Assembly: GCA_031374985.1 (NCBI GenBank)
Contig: JANMHD010000334.1
Coordinates: 1,664 to 33,663, forward strand
Length of the DNA stretch: 32,000 nt
Source: Coleofasciculaceae cyanobacterium OTE_70_metabat_329
GTDB lineage: Bacteria; Cyanobacteriota; Cyanobacteriia; Cyanobacteriales; JAAUUE01
Direction of reading: 5' to 3'
Position numbers and translations under genes: made by a program. The notes beneath the pieces were generated by a model. It had not been told where the DNA came from and did no database searches. It saw only the letters and a program-made list of their open reading frames with translations. Within the stretch, counting starts at the first letter, position 1. The number at the start of each line of letters is the position of its first letter. Below are positions 8,108 through 17,935 of the stretch, piece by piece.

Positions 8108-8707
8108 TTAGCCAATAGTAGCCTTATCAGTGTTGACACTAGTTGCCCCGGAAATGCCCTGAGCGATCGCCACCATCTGACTCAGAATCTCTTGACTAGG
8201 AACTTTACCTTGGATGACTACAGTTCCTCCAGTCTGAGCAATATCAAAGGGGGCAGCACTACTAATACTGGCATCTTGTCCTAAGGCTTGGACAACTCGT
8301 TTTGCTAAACCACTTTCATCGTATTCCCCATTTAGGCCTACCCGCTCCGCCGGAATCCCAATACTCAATCCAGTGGTATCTACATCAGTAGCTCCCGATA
8401 CTGTTCCAGCAATGGAGATGAGTTTATTTACAATACTTTGGCTAGGAGCTTGTCCCCGTAACACTACAGTTGTGCCAGTTTGGAGAATATCTATGGAGGG
8501 AATATTTGTCAATTCAGCATCTTGATCAAAGGCAACAGCCACTCGTTTTGCCAAACCACTCTGGTCATATTCCCCGCTTAAGCCCATTCTCTCTGGGGCG
8601 ATCGGTTCACTAGCAGTAGCATCAGGAGCAGTAGCATCAGGTGTAGGAGCGGCCGCAGCTGCTTCCGGGGGTTTTTCCATGCCAAACAATCTTTGTAACC
8701 AACCCAT
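8108..8707 (-). CDS. Protein with two tandem BON-like domains and an Ala/Pro-rich N-terminus
   Basis: There are two repeats of about 75 aa: GLSGEYDQSGLAKRVAVAF...ILQTGTTVVLRGQAPSQSIVNKLISIAGTVSGATDVD and GLNGEYDESGLAKRVVQAL...IAQTGGTVVIQGKVPSQEILSQMVAIAQGISGATSVN. Both fit the BON pattern (G-x-V-x-L-x-G-x-V-x-S ... G-V/A-x-x-V). Confidence 0.6.
   Translation of the reverse strand: MGWLQRLFGMEKPPEAAAAAPTPDATAPDATASEPIAPERMGLSGEYDQSGLAKRVAVAFDQDAELTNIPSIDILQTGTTVVLRGQAPSQSIVNKLISIAGTVSGATDVDTTGLSIGIPAERVGLNGEYDESGLAKRVVQALGQDASISSAAPFDIAQTGGTVVIQGKVPSQEILSQMVAIAQGISGATSVNTDKATIG
8612..8641. repeat. Perfect 15-bp tandem duplication in the 5' part of the BON gene
   Basis: agcagtagcatcagg occurs twice and encodes PDATA-PDATA. 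Confidence 0.95.
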
Positions 8708-8907
8708 GAGTAAATATCCTCCTGAATAAAATAATTTGTAAAGTTCTCTGAGACCATCGGAAACTGTTCGCTTCTAATAGCTTTCCTGTCTATTAATATA
8801 ATAGCGAATTCTCTAGGGACTGACTTTCTGAGACAATGCCCATGATAAACCTCTAGGTATCCTAAGCAAAAATGTTGCTTTCTCTAGATTTCATCTAAAT
8901 TCCCTAA

Positions 8908-10098
8908 CTAGCGTCTTGTTAGTTGCAGTCGAGAGGAAGCCCACATCTGGGTATAAAGCTTTTCTAGGGCGGTAATATTACTTGTTAAAGTATAGCGATC
9001 GAGTACCCTAGCTCTAGCTTTGCTGCCCAGAATGGGAGTCAGTTCTGGTTGGTCTTGGAAGAGGGGTAAGAGAGTTTGCAACTGGGATGTGACCCGGCGA
9101 GTACTCATCACCACCCCAGCCCCTTTTTCTAGTACTTCCCCATCGGCCCCGGCATCGGTAGCAATACAAGCCACACCACAAGCCATGGCCTCTAGGAGGG
9201 AAAGGGATAAACCTTCTAGGTAGGAAGGCAAAATGAACACATCCGCAGCCCGGAGAATTTCACAACGTCGCTCATCCCCCGCCACAAATCCTAACCAAAC
9301 TACCCCATCATCTTCACCATATAAGGCTTTTAAGGATGGAACTAGGGGCCCTCCACCGACAATAACTAATTTGGAGTTACTCGCCATTTTGGAGAGTTTC
9401 CAGGCTTTGAGAAGAGACTCCACATTTTTTTCTGTAGCAATACGCCCTTGGTAGACAAATAGGCGATCGCACCCCATTTCTTTTTTAAAGTTCGATACTC
9501 CGGGGGAATATTTCTGCACATCCACGCCGTTGGGAATCACCGCTAGTTTCTCTGCCGGGACACCGAGCTTAACTAGAAAATTTTTCTGGAGTTGGGAGAA
9601 AATAATTACTCGATCGTAATTTGCCAAGAAGGGAGCATAAAGCTGGTAGGTAAATAGCTGGGTTCCCGATTGCAGATTGCGCCGTTTGCCATCAAAGGGG
9701 GGATGAAAGGTGGCGACTAGAGGAATATTTAGTTCCTGACAAATTTCTGGTAGCAGGAAATCTAGGGGAGACAGGGTCAAGGAAGCATGGACAATATCTG
9801 GTTTTAGCTCCCTTAGCGATCGCTCTAGGACTTTATTGGCCGTAAAAGTAGGAATAGTATAAATTTGAGACTTGTACAAGCAGGGCAGAGTGACATCTTG
9901 AGTTCCCGATTGGTACCCAGATTGATATTCTGAGTGATATCCAGTAGAGCCAAAGGTTTCTGGTTCATCAGCCTCCTCTGGAGCAAAATGGAAGAAACTA
10001 ACTTGATAGCCCCGATCCAACAGGGAGTTGGTGATTTCTCGACTGTAGGTAACATTGCCACAAAAAGGTGATTTTTTGCCAATCCAAGCTATGTGCAT
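8908..10098 (-). CDS. Glycosyltransferase family 4 (GT-B fold, GT1/GT4 type)
   Basis: C-terminal EGLSLSLLEAMACGVACIATDAGADGEV (E-x7-E type motif) and overall GT4 layout. 396 aa with an ATG start. Confidence 0.85.
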   Translation of the reverse strand: MHIAWIGKKSPFCGNVTYSREITNSLLDRGYQVSFFHFAPEEADEPETFGSTGYHSEYQSGYQSGTQDVTLPCLYKSQIYTIPTFTANKVLERSLRELKPDIVHASLTLSPLDFLLPEICQELNIPLVATFHPPFDGKRRNLQSGTQLFTYQLYAPFLANYDRVIIFSQLQKNFLVKLGVPAEKLAVIPNGVDVQKYSPGVSNFKKEMGCDRLFVYQGRIATEKNVESLLKAWKLSKMASNSKLVIVGGGPLVPSLKALYGEDDGVVWLGFVAGDERRCEILRAADVFILPSYLEGLSLSLLEAMACGVACIATDAGADGEVLEKGAGVVMSTRRVTSQLQTLLPLFQDQPELTPILGSKARARVLDRYTLTSNITALEKLYTQMWASSRLQLTRR

Positions 10099-10208
10099 TC
10101 AGGTAAATAGGTTTTGAAGTTTTATATTTAAGGTTTTATAGTTATTGTCAACCGTAACTGACATAGTACCGAAAATTTATTACTAGTAATCAGATTGGTG
10201 GATGGTTT

Positions 10209-10242
10209 TCTATCTTAAAATGTCATCTATCTTAAAATGTCA
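10209..10242. repeat. Perfect 17-bp tandem duplication in the intergenic region
   Basis: tctatcttaaaatgtca occurs twice in direct succession. Confidence 0.95.
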
Positions 10243-10264
10243 AAAGAAATATCAAAAGAGGACT

Positions 10265-10443
10265 CCTATTAGAGGATGTCTGAGAAGTATCTGGCGGTTG
10301 AAACCGCGACTATAAGAACAAAGTCCGCCGTCGCGGACTAAGAGAAATCTAGGAATTTCTGCAACCTGCGCACCATCCAGGTTTTGCTCCTGTAGCTGCG
10401 ACTTTAGTCGCCAAGCTACCTTTTCAGACATCCTCTAAGAGGC
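10265..10443. mobile_element. MITE-like non-autonomous element (about 170-180 bp with terminal inverted repeats and internal hairpins)
   Basis: The left end is cctattagaggatgtctgagaag. The reverse complement of the right end is cctcttagaggatgtctgaaaag (about 23 bp, 2 mismatches). The interior has several short hairpins (ggcggttgaaaccgc, gtccgccgtcgcggac, gcgactttagtcgc) and no ORF. Confidence 0.55.
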
Positions 10444-10620
10444 TATTTATAAAGTATGGTTTTAACTATGATTTTTTCTTGGATAACTATTAGTAGTTCC
10501 TTTCAAAAATACTCAACAAGTAGTTTAGGATTATTTATGATAGCAATCCTCAAAAATTTGGAACTCTTTTACGATCGCTATAGCAGTAATATAAATATTT
10601 TTAAGCATGAGGTAGTTTCG

Positions 10621-11022
10621 ATGCCAGATATCGTGGATATTGCAGTGGGAGCGGGTTCCTTTGAAACTCTAGTCACAGCAGTGAAGTTAGCTAATTTAGT
10701 GGATGCTCTAAAAAGTCCGGGACCTTTTACCGTGTTTGCTCCCAATGATGATGCCTTTGGCAAATTACCCCCCGGTACGGTTGCTTCTCTGGTAAAAAGT
10801 ATCCCTCAACTAGCCCGAATTTTGACCTATCATGTGGTAGCAGGTAAGTATACTCAAGCAGATTTGGCAGCTTTAGGAGTAGTTACTTCCCTAGAAGGTT
10901 CCCCTATTTCTATTGATTGCTCTGATGGTTTTGAGGTGAAAAACTCTACTGTTCTAGCCGCAGATATTGAAGCAGATAATGGGATTATTCATGTAATCGA
11001 TCGAGTCCTGCTCATGGGCTAG
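10621..11022 (+). CDS. Fasciclin (FAS1) domain protein
   Basis: [37 protein letters not shown]...LTYHVV...[12 protein letters not shown] contains the FAS1 H1/H2 boxes. I placed the start at ATG 10621 (GAGG 8 nt upstream) rather than at 10456. Confidence 0.85.
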   Translation: MPDIVDIAVGAGSFETLVTAVKLANLVDALKSPGPFTVFAPNDDAFGKLPPGTVASLVKSIPQLARILTYHVVAGKYTQADLAALGVVTSLEGSPISIDCSDGFEVKNSTVLAADIEADNGIIHVIDRVLLMG

Positions 11023-11104
11023 GAAGTCCGGGGGAGAAGCAACTAAAAAAATAGATAGCTACAAACTCCCCTTGGAAAGTTATTAGATATCCACTTTGAA
11101 AATA

Positions 11105-11527
11105 TTAGCCCTGAAAAGACTGGCCGGTTTTTTGATGGATGAAGTCCATAATTTTTTTGTATCCCTCTGCATTACTTTGGGGAGTGATAATTATGGGAAT
11201 AGAACTTTCGGGAAGCCAGAAGGTCAGCTTCCCATTAGGAGATTGGCAAAAAGTACTGATGCGATCGAGGTCTATCAGGTATTCATTGCGATCGTAAGAA
11301 ATCTTTAGCCAGTTGCCCATAAAAAGGTGTAAGTTGATTTCTGCTATATAGTCCCAAATTCTCTGATAGCTATTTGGATCACTTTGGCGACTAATAATCA
11401 CAGGAATTGAGCTATTGGGTAGCCAAAAGGTAATCTTTTTATCAGCATTGTAGCTAAAAGCGCCAAGGCTTTCTAAATCTACCAGATATTCATTTCGCTC
11501 ATAATTGACCTTAACCCAATAAACCAC
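11105..11527 (-). CDS. Hypothetical protein made of two tandem copies of an unassigned domain of about 65 aa
   Basis: The two copies are WVKVNYERNEYLVDLESLGAFSYNADKKITFWLPNSSIPVIISRQSDPNSYQRIWDYI and WLKISYDRNEYLIDLDRISTFCQSPNGKLTFWLPESSIPIIITPQSNAEGYKKIMDFI. GTG start with GAGGA upstream, 15 nt after the pyrG stop. Confidence 0.7.
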   Translation of the reverse strand: MVYWVKVNYERNEYLVDLESLGAFSYNADKKITFWLPNSSIPVIISRQSDPNSYQRIWDYIAEINLHLFMGNWLKISYDRNEYLIDLDRISTFCQSPNGKLTFWLPESSIPIIITPQSNAEGYKKIMDFIHQKTGQSFQG

Positions 11528-11542
11528 AAATTGTTCCTCGCT

Positions 11543-13270
<1,728 letters not shown>

Positions 13271-13629
13271 TTAACTCTGTTTTTTGCGATCGCTACGATT
13301 CAAGACTAGCGGTATCAATTCTCATGATAAAAATTGATTGATTAACAAGTATTTTAGGAAATAGATTTTAGGCTTAATAATAGCGTAACAACCTTAAGGC
13401 GCTGGGTTTGCTAGAAGGTGAGTTAAAGGTTTCAGAGACATTCTACCCAGTATTTTAGACTTGTTGCGCTCGATTTAAAATAAAAATTGCTGGCAGAGGA
13501 CGATCGATATTTCTGCACCAGACTCTTGCTATTATAGTCATCCTTTGGGCTAGATTCAGAGATAAAATCAAAAATCCCCCTAAACCGTTAATTGTCAAGG
13601 AGGATTAGAGACAAAAAATTTAATCTAAC

Positions 13630-14157
13630 TTAGTAAGCATCCTGTAGTTCATAGAAATCAGGAGAAATATAATCTTTCCGTAGAGGGAAACCTACCCAAT
13701 CTTCCGGCATCAGGATCCGCTTCAAATTGGGGTGTCCTTCGTAGATGATGCCAAACATATCGTAGGATTCTCGTTCTTGCCAGTCCGCAGTTTTCCAAAT
13801 CCAATAGACGGAGGGAACTACAGGATTTTCTCGGGGGAGAAAGACCTTAACTCTTACTTCTTCTGGGCGATCGGCATTGTCTGTCACCTTAATTAGATGG
13901 TAAAAACTGACCAACTCACCACCGGGAGCAGTATCATAAGCCCCTTGACATTGAAGATAGTTAAATCCGTAGGCGTAGAGAGCAGTGGCGATCGGCAGGA
14001 GAAATTTCCCCTCTACCTTGAGTATTTCTACCCCAGAGTGATCTTTACCTAGAGATTCATGGCCAAAGCCATTACTAGTCAGCCAAGTCGATATTTTTCC
14101 TACTTCAGCAATGACACCACTAGTTGCTAATTCTGTTGTTGATTCTTCTGCTGCCAA
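13630..14157 (-). CDS. ndhJ: NAD(P)H-quinone oxidoreductase (NDH-1) subunit J
   Basis: [10 protein letters not shown]-type N-terminus and a conserved C-terminus ([23 protein letters not shown]). The start is TTG, with AGGAGG 8 nt upstream located in the end of ndhK. Confidence 0.93.
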   Translation of the reverse strand: MAAEESTTELATSGVIAEVGKISTWLTSNGFGHESLGKDHSGVEILKVEGKFLLPIATALYAYGFNYLQCQGAYDTAPGGELVSFYHLIKVTDNADRPEEVRVKVFLPRENPVVPSVYWIWKTADWQERESYDMFGIIYEGHPNLKRILMPEDWVGFPLRKDYISPDFYELQDAY

Positions 14158-14160
14158 AAT

Positions 14161-14877
14161 CTAAACCTCCTGTTTTTGGGTTGCCATCAAAGCGGGAACT
14201 ACTGGTAGACCGATCGCCTCTTGGAGTTCCTTGGGGGGTGCTTGACGGGTAGCAGATTGCAGATAAGTTCCATTGAGGATTGGCTCTACTGGTTTCATCT
14301 TGTGAGCCACAGTATGAAAGCGGTGGGTTTGTCCCATCTTGCTATACTCCTGCATCGATTCATTAGCCATTTTCTTGCGAAGTTTAATAATCGCATCAAA
14401 AACAGCCTCTGGCCGGGGCGGGCAGCCTGGAATATAGACATCCACAGGAATTAATTTATCCACACCCCGCACTGCCGTGGGGGAATCTACGCTAAACATA
14501 CCACCAGTGATCGTACAAGCTCCCATGGCAATCACATACTTGGGTTCAGGCATTTGTTCGTAGAGCCGAACGAGAGCCGGAGCCATTTTCATAGTGATTG
14601 TCCCAGCGGTAATCAATAAATCTGCTTGTCGGGGACTGGCACGGGGGACGAGACCAAAGCGGTCAAAGTCAAAACGAGAACCAATCATCGCTGCAAATTC
14701 AATGAAGCAGCAGGCCGTACCGTACATCATCGGCCACAGGCTAGATAGTCTGGCCCAGTTGTAGAGGTCATCTACCGTGGTCAGGATCACATTTTCTGAA
14801 AGGTCTTGAGTTATCTGGGGACGCTCAAGGGGATTGATAATTCTTTCTTGTTGTTCGATTATGTTTGTACTTGTCAT
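14161..14877 (-). CDS. ndhK: NAD(P)H-quinone oxidoreductase (NDH-1) subunit K
   Basis: Fe-S ligand motifs: [17 protein letters not shown] and [12 protein letters not shown] placed the start at ATG 14877 (MTSTNIIEQ...), which overlaps the ndhC stop as ATGA. The longer ORF-track start at 14994 would run 120 nt into ndhC. Confidence 0.93.
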   Translation of the reverse strand: MTSTNIIEQQERIINPLERPQITQDLSENVILTTVDDLYNWARLSSLWPMMYGTACCFIEFAAMIGSRFDFDRFGLVPRASPRQADLLITAGTITMKMAPALVRLYEQMPEPKYVIAMGACTITGGMFSVDSPTAVRGVDKLIPVDVYIPGCPPRPEAVFDAIIKLRKKMANESMQEYSKMGQTHRFHTVAHKMKPVEPILNGTYLQSATRQAPPKELQEAIGLPVVPALMATQKQEV

Positions 14878-15236
14878 GACCACTCCAAAGCTCCTTTGCG
14901 CCAAGCGTAGGCTAGGGCAATTACCAGAATTGCAATGAAAATAAGTGCTTCTACAAAAGCCAATAACCCTAGGCGACTGAAGGCAACTGCCCAAGGATAT
15001 AAGAATACGGTTTCCACATCAAAGACGACAAAAACCAAGGCAAACATGTAGTAGCGGATATTGAACTGAATCCACGCCCCGCCAATGGCTTCCATGCCAG
15101 ACTCATAGGTAGTGAGCCTTTCTGGATAACCTCCTTTAGGGCGGAGTAGTTTTGAGGCTAACAATGCAGCCACCGGGACTAAGCCACAGAGGAGGATAAA
15201 AACTAAGAAATATTCGTAACCGCTCAGGACAAACAC
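14874..15236 (-). CDS. ndhC: NAD(P)H-quinone oxidoreductase (NDH-1) subunit 3
   Basis: 120 aa with three TM helices. Conserved [40 protein letters not shown]. Confidence 0.93.
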   Translation of the reverse strand: MFVLSGYEYFLVFILLCGLVPVAALLASKLLRPKGGYPERLTTYESGMEAIGGAWIQFNIRYYMFALVFVVFDVETVFLYPWAVAFSRLGLLAFVEALIFIAILVIALAYAWRKGALEWS

Positions 15237-15531
15237 AATAGTTAATTACCTAGGTTTATTGACATAATCAGCGAGCTAAAGCGACGGTGATTCTTAAACT
15301 CGCATTTTAAGATTTCCTGTTTCACAGATTCTTGGCTAGACATTGCTGCCCCCGCCAGACCATCTCCCCAGGCGTTTTTAAATACGCTATGCCCTAGCGC
15401 ATTTATAGATTTCTTTATATTTTTACATAACTTCGTATCTCTGCACCAATTCTCCTATCAAAGAATTAAATCTTAGCTATAGCTATCTCAAAAAGAATCA
15501 GAGGTATACTCACAAGTTAGGAATCTGACAA

Positions 15532-16824
15532 CTAGGTTTGAGAATTCGGGGTATCGGGTTGCCCAGTTTTTGGTCTCTGGCCCGTATTACGAACATTGAT
15601 AAATTTATTTAAAAGCTCAAACCAAAAGGGTGCTCCCATAGAAAAAGCGATCGCACTAATAAACCAGCCTGCCAGTCGAGAGATCCAAGCTGGGGCAGAA
15701 ATATTAGTATCCCTCGGTAAAGTCCAGCCAATGGGGAAAGCGGCAAGTTGGTTAATAACTACATTAATGTTTTCCTTAATTGGTTGGATGGCATTGTTTT
15801 TCTCTTGAATACATTCTTCAACAGACAGTTTCTTTTCTGGAGGACATGAATTATTCAAAGTAGTAATGGATTGAGAATTATTTTCTACTACTTGGTTGGC
15901 AAGCTGATTAACTGTTCCTGATAGAGACTGATTTTTATAGAGGCGATCGACCATATTGATGGTATCGATATTACCGAGAATTGCTACTACTAAACCAATA
16001 CAAAAGGAAATGCCCTTAGAGTTTCTTTTATAAGCACCACTGGCTCTAACCATTGACTGATCAAACCATTCAGCTAAACCTTTTTGAAATTCTACTAATT
16101 TAACTTCTTTATCCTCCACTTGATCTTGGAGTCGCCGGGCTAGAGTAGATAAGTTTGTAAGAAGATAAATATCACTTTCTTTTAGATCTTCTACAGGAAA
16201 ATTATTAGTATTAGCTATAGAAGAGCTAGGAACATTAACCAGAGCATTAATATTTTGCTCATCTGGTAGATTTGGGATACTTTGAATATTGCTTGTAGTA
16301 GTCATCATATCTGGAGGAAGCGTCGATGGCTCTAGACTCGGGTCATTCCAAGCAGATGAGCTAGTTTGATTGTCAACTAAAATTTCTTGGGGCTGAATTT
16401 GTTCTACTTGTTTAACTAGATTGCCTTGATTTTCTTGTAGTCTACCATCAATTTTATTGACAATATCATCAATGTTATCTTGATTGTTAATATCTAGTTG
16501 ATAACGGGTTTTGAGAACTTCTAATAACGCTGCCGAAAATATTTCTTTAGGAATATAAGAAGGTCCTTTAGAATTTTCTCTCCCTTGATTAAGAGATTTT
16601 AGAAGAGAAGTATTATATAAAGCCTGCATAATTTCTGCTTTCTCTGGATTATCATACTTATCTTTACCTTCTAAAAGATTAATTAAGCTACCCCGCAAAC
16701 TAGTAGCTCTAATCTCTAGTAAAGCCGTAAGATTTTCTTGTAGCTCAGAAATTAGTAGGCTGAGAATCATATAGATGAAACTTACCCCGATCGCTACATT
16801 TAAATAGCTAAAAAAGTTTTCCAT
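15532..16824 (-). CDS. Hypothetical membrane protein: N-terminal TM, long N/Q/S/I-rich central region, C-terminal TM pair
   Basis: Long ORF; I placed the start at ATG 16824 (MENFFSYLNVAIGVSFIYMILSLLI...). Hydrophobic segments lie at the N-terminus, at ISFCIGLVVAILG and at LAGWFISAIAFSMGAPFWFELL. I recognise no family. GC is very low by hand count. Confidence 0.65.
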   Translation of the reverse strand: MENFFSYLNVAIGVSFIYMILSLLISELQENLTALLEIRATSLRGSLINLLEGKDKYDNPEKAEIMQALYNTSLLKSLNQGRENSKGPSYIPKEIFSAALLEVLKTRYQLDINNQDNIDDIVNKIDGRLQENQGNLVKQVEQIQPQEILVDNQTSSSAWNDPSLEPSTLPPDMMTTTSNIQSIPNLPDEQNINALVNVPSSSIANTNNFPVEDLKESDIYLLTNLSTLARRLQDQVEDKEVKLVEFQKGLAEWFDQSMVRASGAYKRNSKGISFCIGLVVAILGNIDTINMVDRLYKNQSLSGTVNQLANQVVENNSQSITTLNNSCPPEKKLSVEECIQEKNNAIQPIKENINVVINQLAAFPIGWTLPRDTNISAPAWISRLAGWFISAIAFSMGAPFWFELLNKFINVRNTGQRPKTGQPDTPNSQT

Positions 16825-17016
16825 AAAAAATATCCCTTTAACAATAAAAGCTAATCTAGGGGGTCTATCCCCCCAGAGAAAAAGCATAAGCAACTTAATT
16901 CAGGTTATATCATTAGCTGATCCCTTTTAGATAGGGCTTAGGCACTACGAGCAAATTTTCTGGAATTCTAGAGGTTTTTGCGCAAGTCCTAGAAATAACT
17001 GGTGATGCTAAAGCCC

Positions 17017-17388
17017 TTAGAAATCGCCAACATCGCAGAAATCTTCTATCCCGATTTCTAAGATATACATTAGGGTCGGAGCTACTAGGATTGAGGGAAT
17101 TAATGGGCTATCAGCTAAGTAAGCAATTACAGACCCAAGAGTTCCCTGTTGAAGATCGCTTTTCATGGATTCTTGACAAACAATTCCCCGACACTGACGG
17201 GCGATCGCTTCTAACCAACTAGCATTACTCTGGTCTGGCTGTAGTCCATAGCGAATTGCCAAGACCATTGCTGCATCTTCTAAATCTCCTTCACAATCTT
17301 CAATTACATCTAACGCAATTAGAGATTCGGGGTATTCGGCCATAGTCGATCGTAATCTGGCAATAGCTACTGAACTAACTTGAGTCAT
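17017..17388 (-). CDS. Hypothetical acidic protein (123 aa)
   Basis: The ORF contains a HIP1 site. There is no recognisable motif and no clear SD. An alternative start is ATG 17343. Confidence 0.5.
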   Translation of the reverse strand: MTQVSSVAIARLRSTMAEYPESLIALDVIEDCEGDLEDAAMVLAIRYGLQPDQSNASWLEAIARQCRGIVCQESMKSDLQQGTLGSVIAYLADSPLIPSILVAPTLMYILEIGIEDFCDVGDF

Positions 17389-17545
17389 AGGATTCTGAGG
17401 ATTCGCTAATTCTGGGGTGTACTAGAGGGCTTTAGACTATGTTATTACACCCAACGCTATCCCAACAAAAATCAGAGCTACTAAGTGGCTCTGAAGGTTT
17501 AACAAAAATTCATTTGGGGGCCTAAGGCTTCACACCCTTGTTAGT

Positions 17546-17809
17546 TTAGGCTGCTAGGGGCGATCGCTCTTGAGCTACTTCCCAACCTTTCGGTAAAACT
17601 GGAGCTACTTCCACATCTTCTAAAACTTTTTCCAGTACTTGAACTTCAATTTTGACCGATACTAGATAAGTTCCCTCCTCTTCGCCCACTGCTTCAGCAA
17701 TAACTTGGGCAAATTCTGGACGGTGGGCTGTAATTGGGTGGCTCAGAACACAACGGTTCCATGCGTACTCAGCTTCAGGATTAATGGAGAGAATATAGTG
17801 ATTAGTCAT
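17546..17809 (-). CDS. Hypothetical acidic protein (87 aa)
   Basis: ATG start with GAGG about 9 nt upstream. No recognisable motif. Confidence 0.5.
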   Translation of the reverse strand: MTNHYILSINPEAEYAWNRCVLSHPITAHRPEFAQVIAEAVGEEEGTYLVSVKIEVQVLEKVLEDVEVAPVLPKGWEVAQERSPLAA

Positions 17810-17935
17810 GGCAATAACCTCATGTTTTCCGGGATTTGCTTAAGAGCAGCATGTACTTCTATTACTCCTCTATTATAGTATAAATGAACTAATAACGGGG
17901 AATATTACCGCAGGATAAAAGAAAATTCATAAATT

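Noticed and set aside
9020-10082. ORFs 9020-9223(+), 9233-9454(+) and 9825-10082(-) within the glycosyltransferase gene.
   Set aside because: They are shadow or alternate-frame ORFs inside a motif-supported CDS.
10209-10242. A CRISPR array: short direct repeats here and at 27531-27596.
   Set aside because: The repeats are contiguous with no spacers and only 11-17 bp long. No cas genes are in the window. These are tandem duplications or phased boxes, not CRISPR.
10456-10620. The 55-codon N-terminal extension of the fasciclin ORF.
   Set aside because: The extension is AT-rich, starts right at the MITE-like element and has no SD. The FAS1 domain begins at the internal ATG 10621, which has GAGG upstream.
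14878-14994. The N-terminal extension of ndhK overlapping 120 nt of ndhC.
   Set aside because: The Cys/Arg-rich extension is not NdhK-like. ATG 14877 gives the canonical ATGA overlap with the ndhC stop and a normal NdhK N-terminus.
16825-16893. A 23-codon extension (MLMLFLWGDRPP...) of the membrane protein ORF.
   Set aside because: The internal ATG 16824 begins directly with the predicted TM helix. The extension is probably a read-back into the intergenic region. This is uncertain but the more conservative choice.
17810-17935. A restriction endonuclease or Vsr partner for the cytosine methyltransferase among its neighbours.
   Set aside because: The flanking ORFs (87 aa, 123 aa, murE) show no PD-(D/E)xK, HNH, GIY-YIG or Vsr-like motifs that I can see. 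The enzyme is therefore treated as an orphan MTase.
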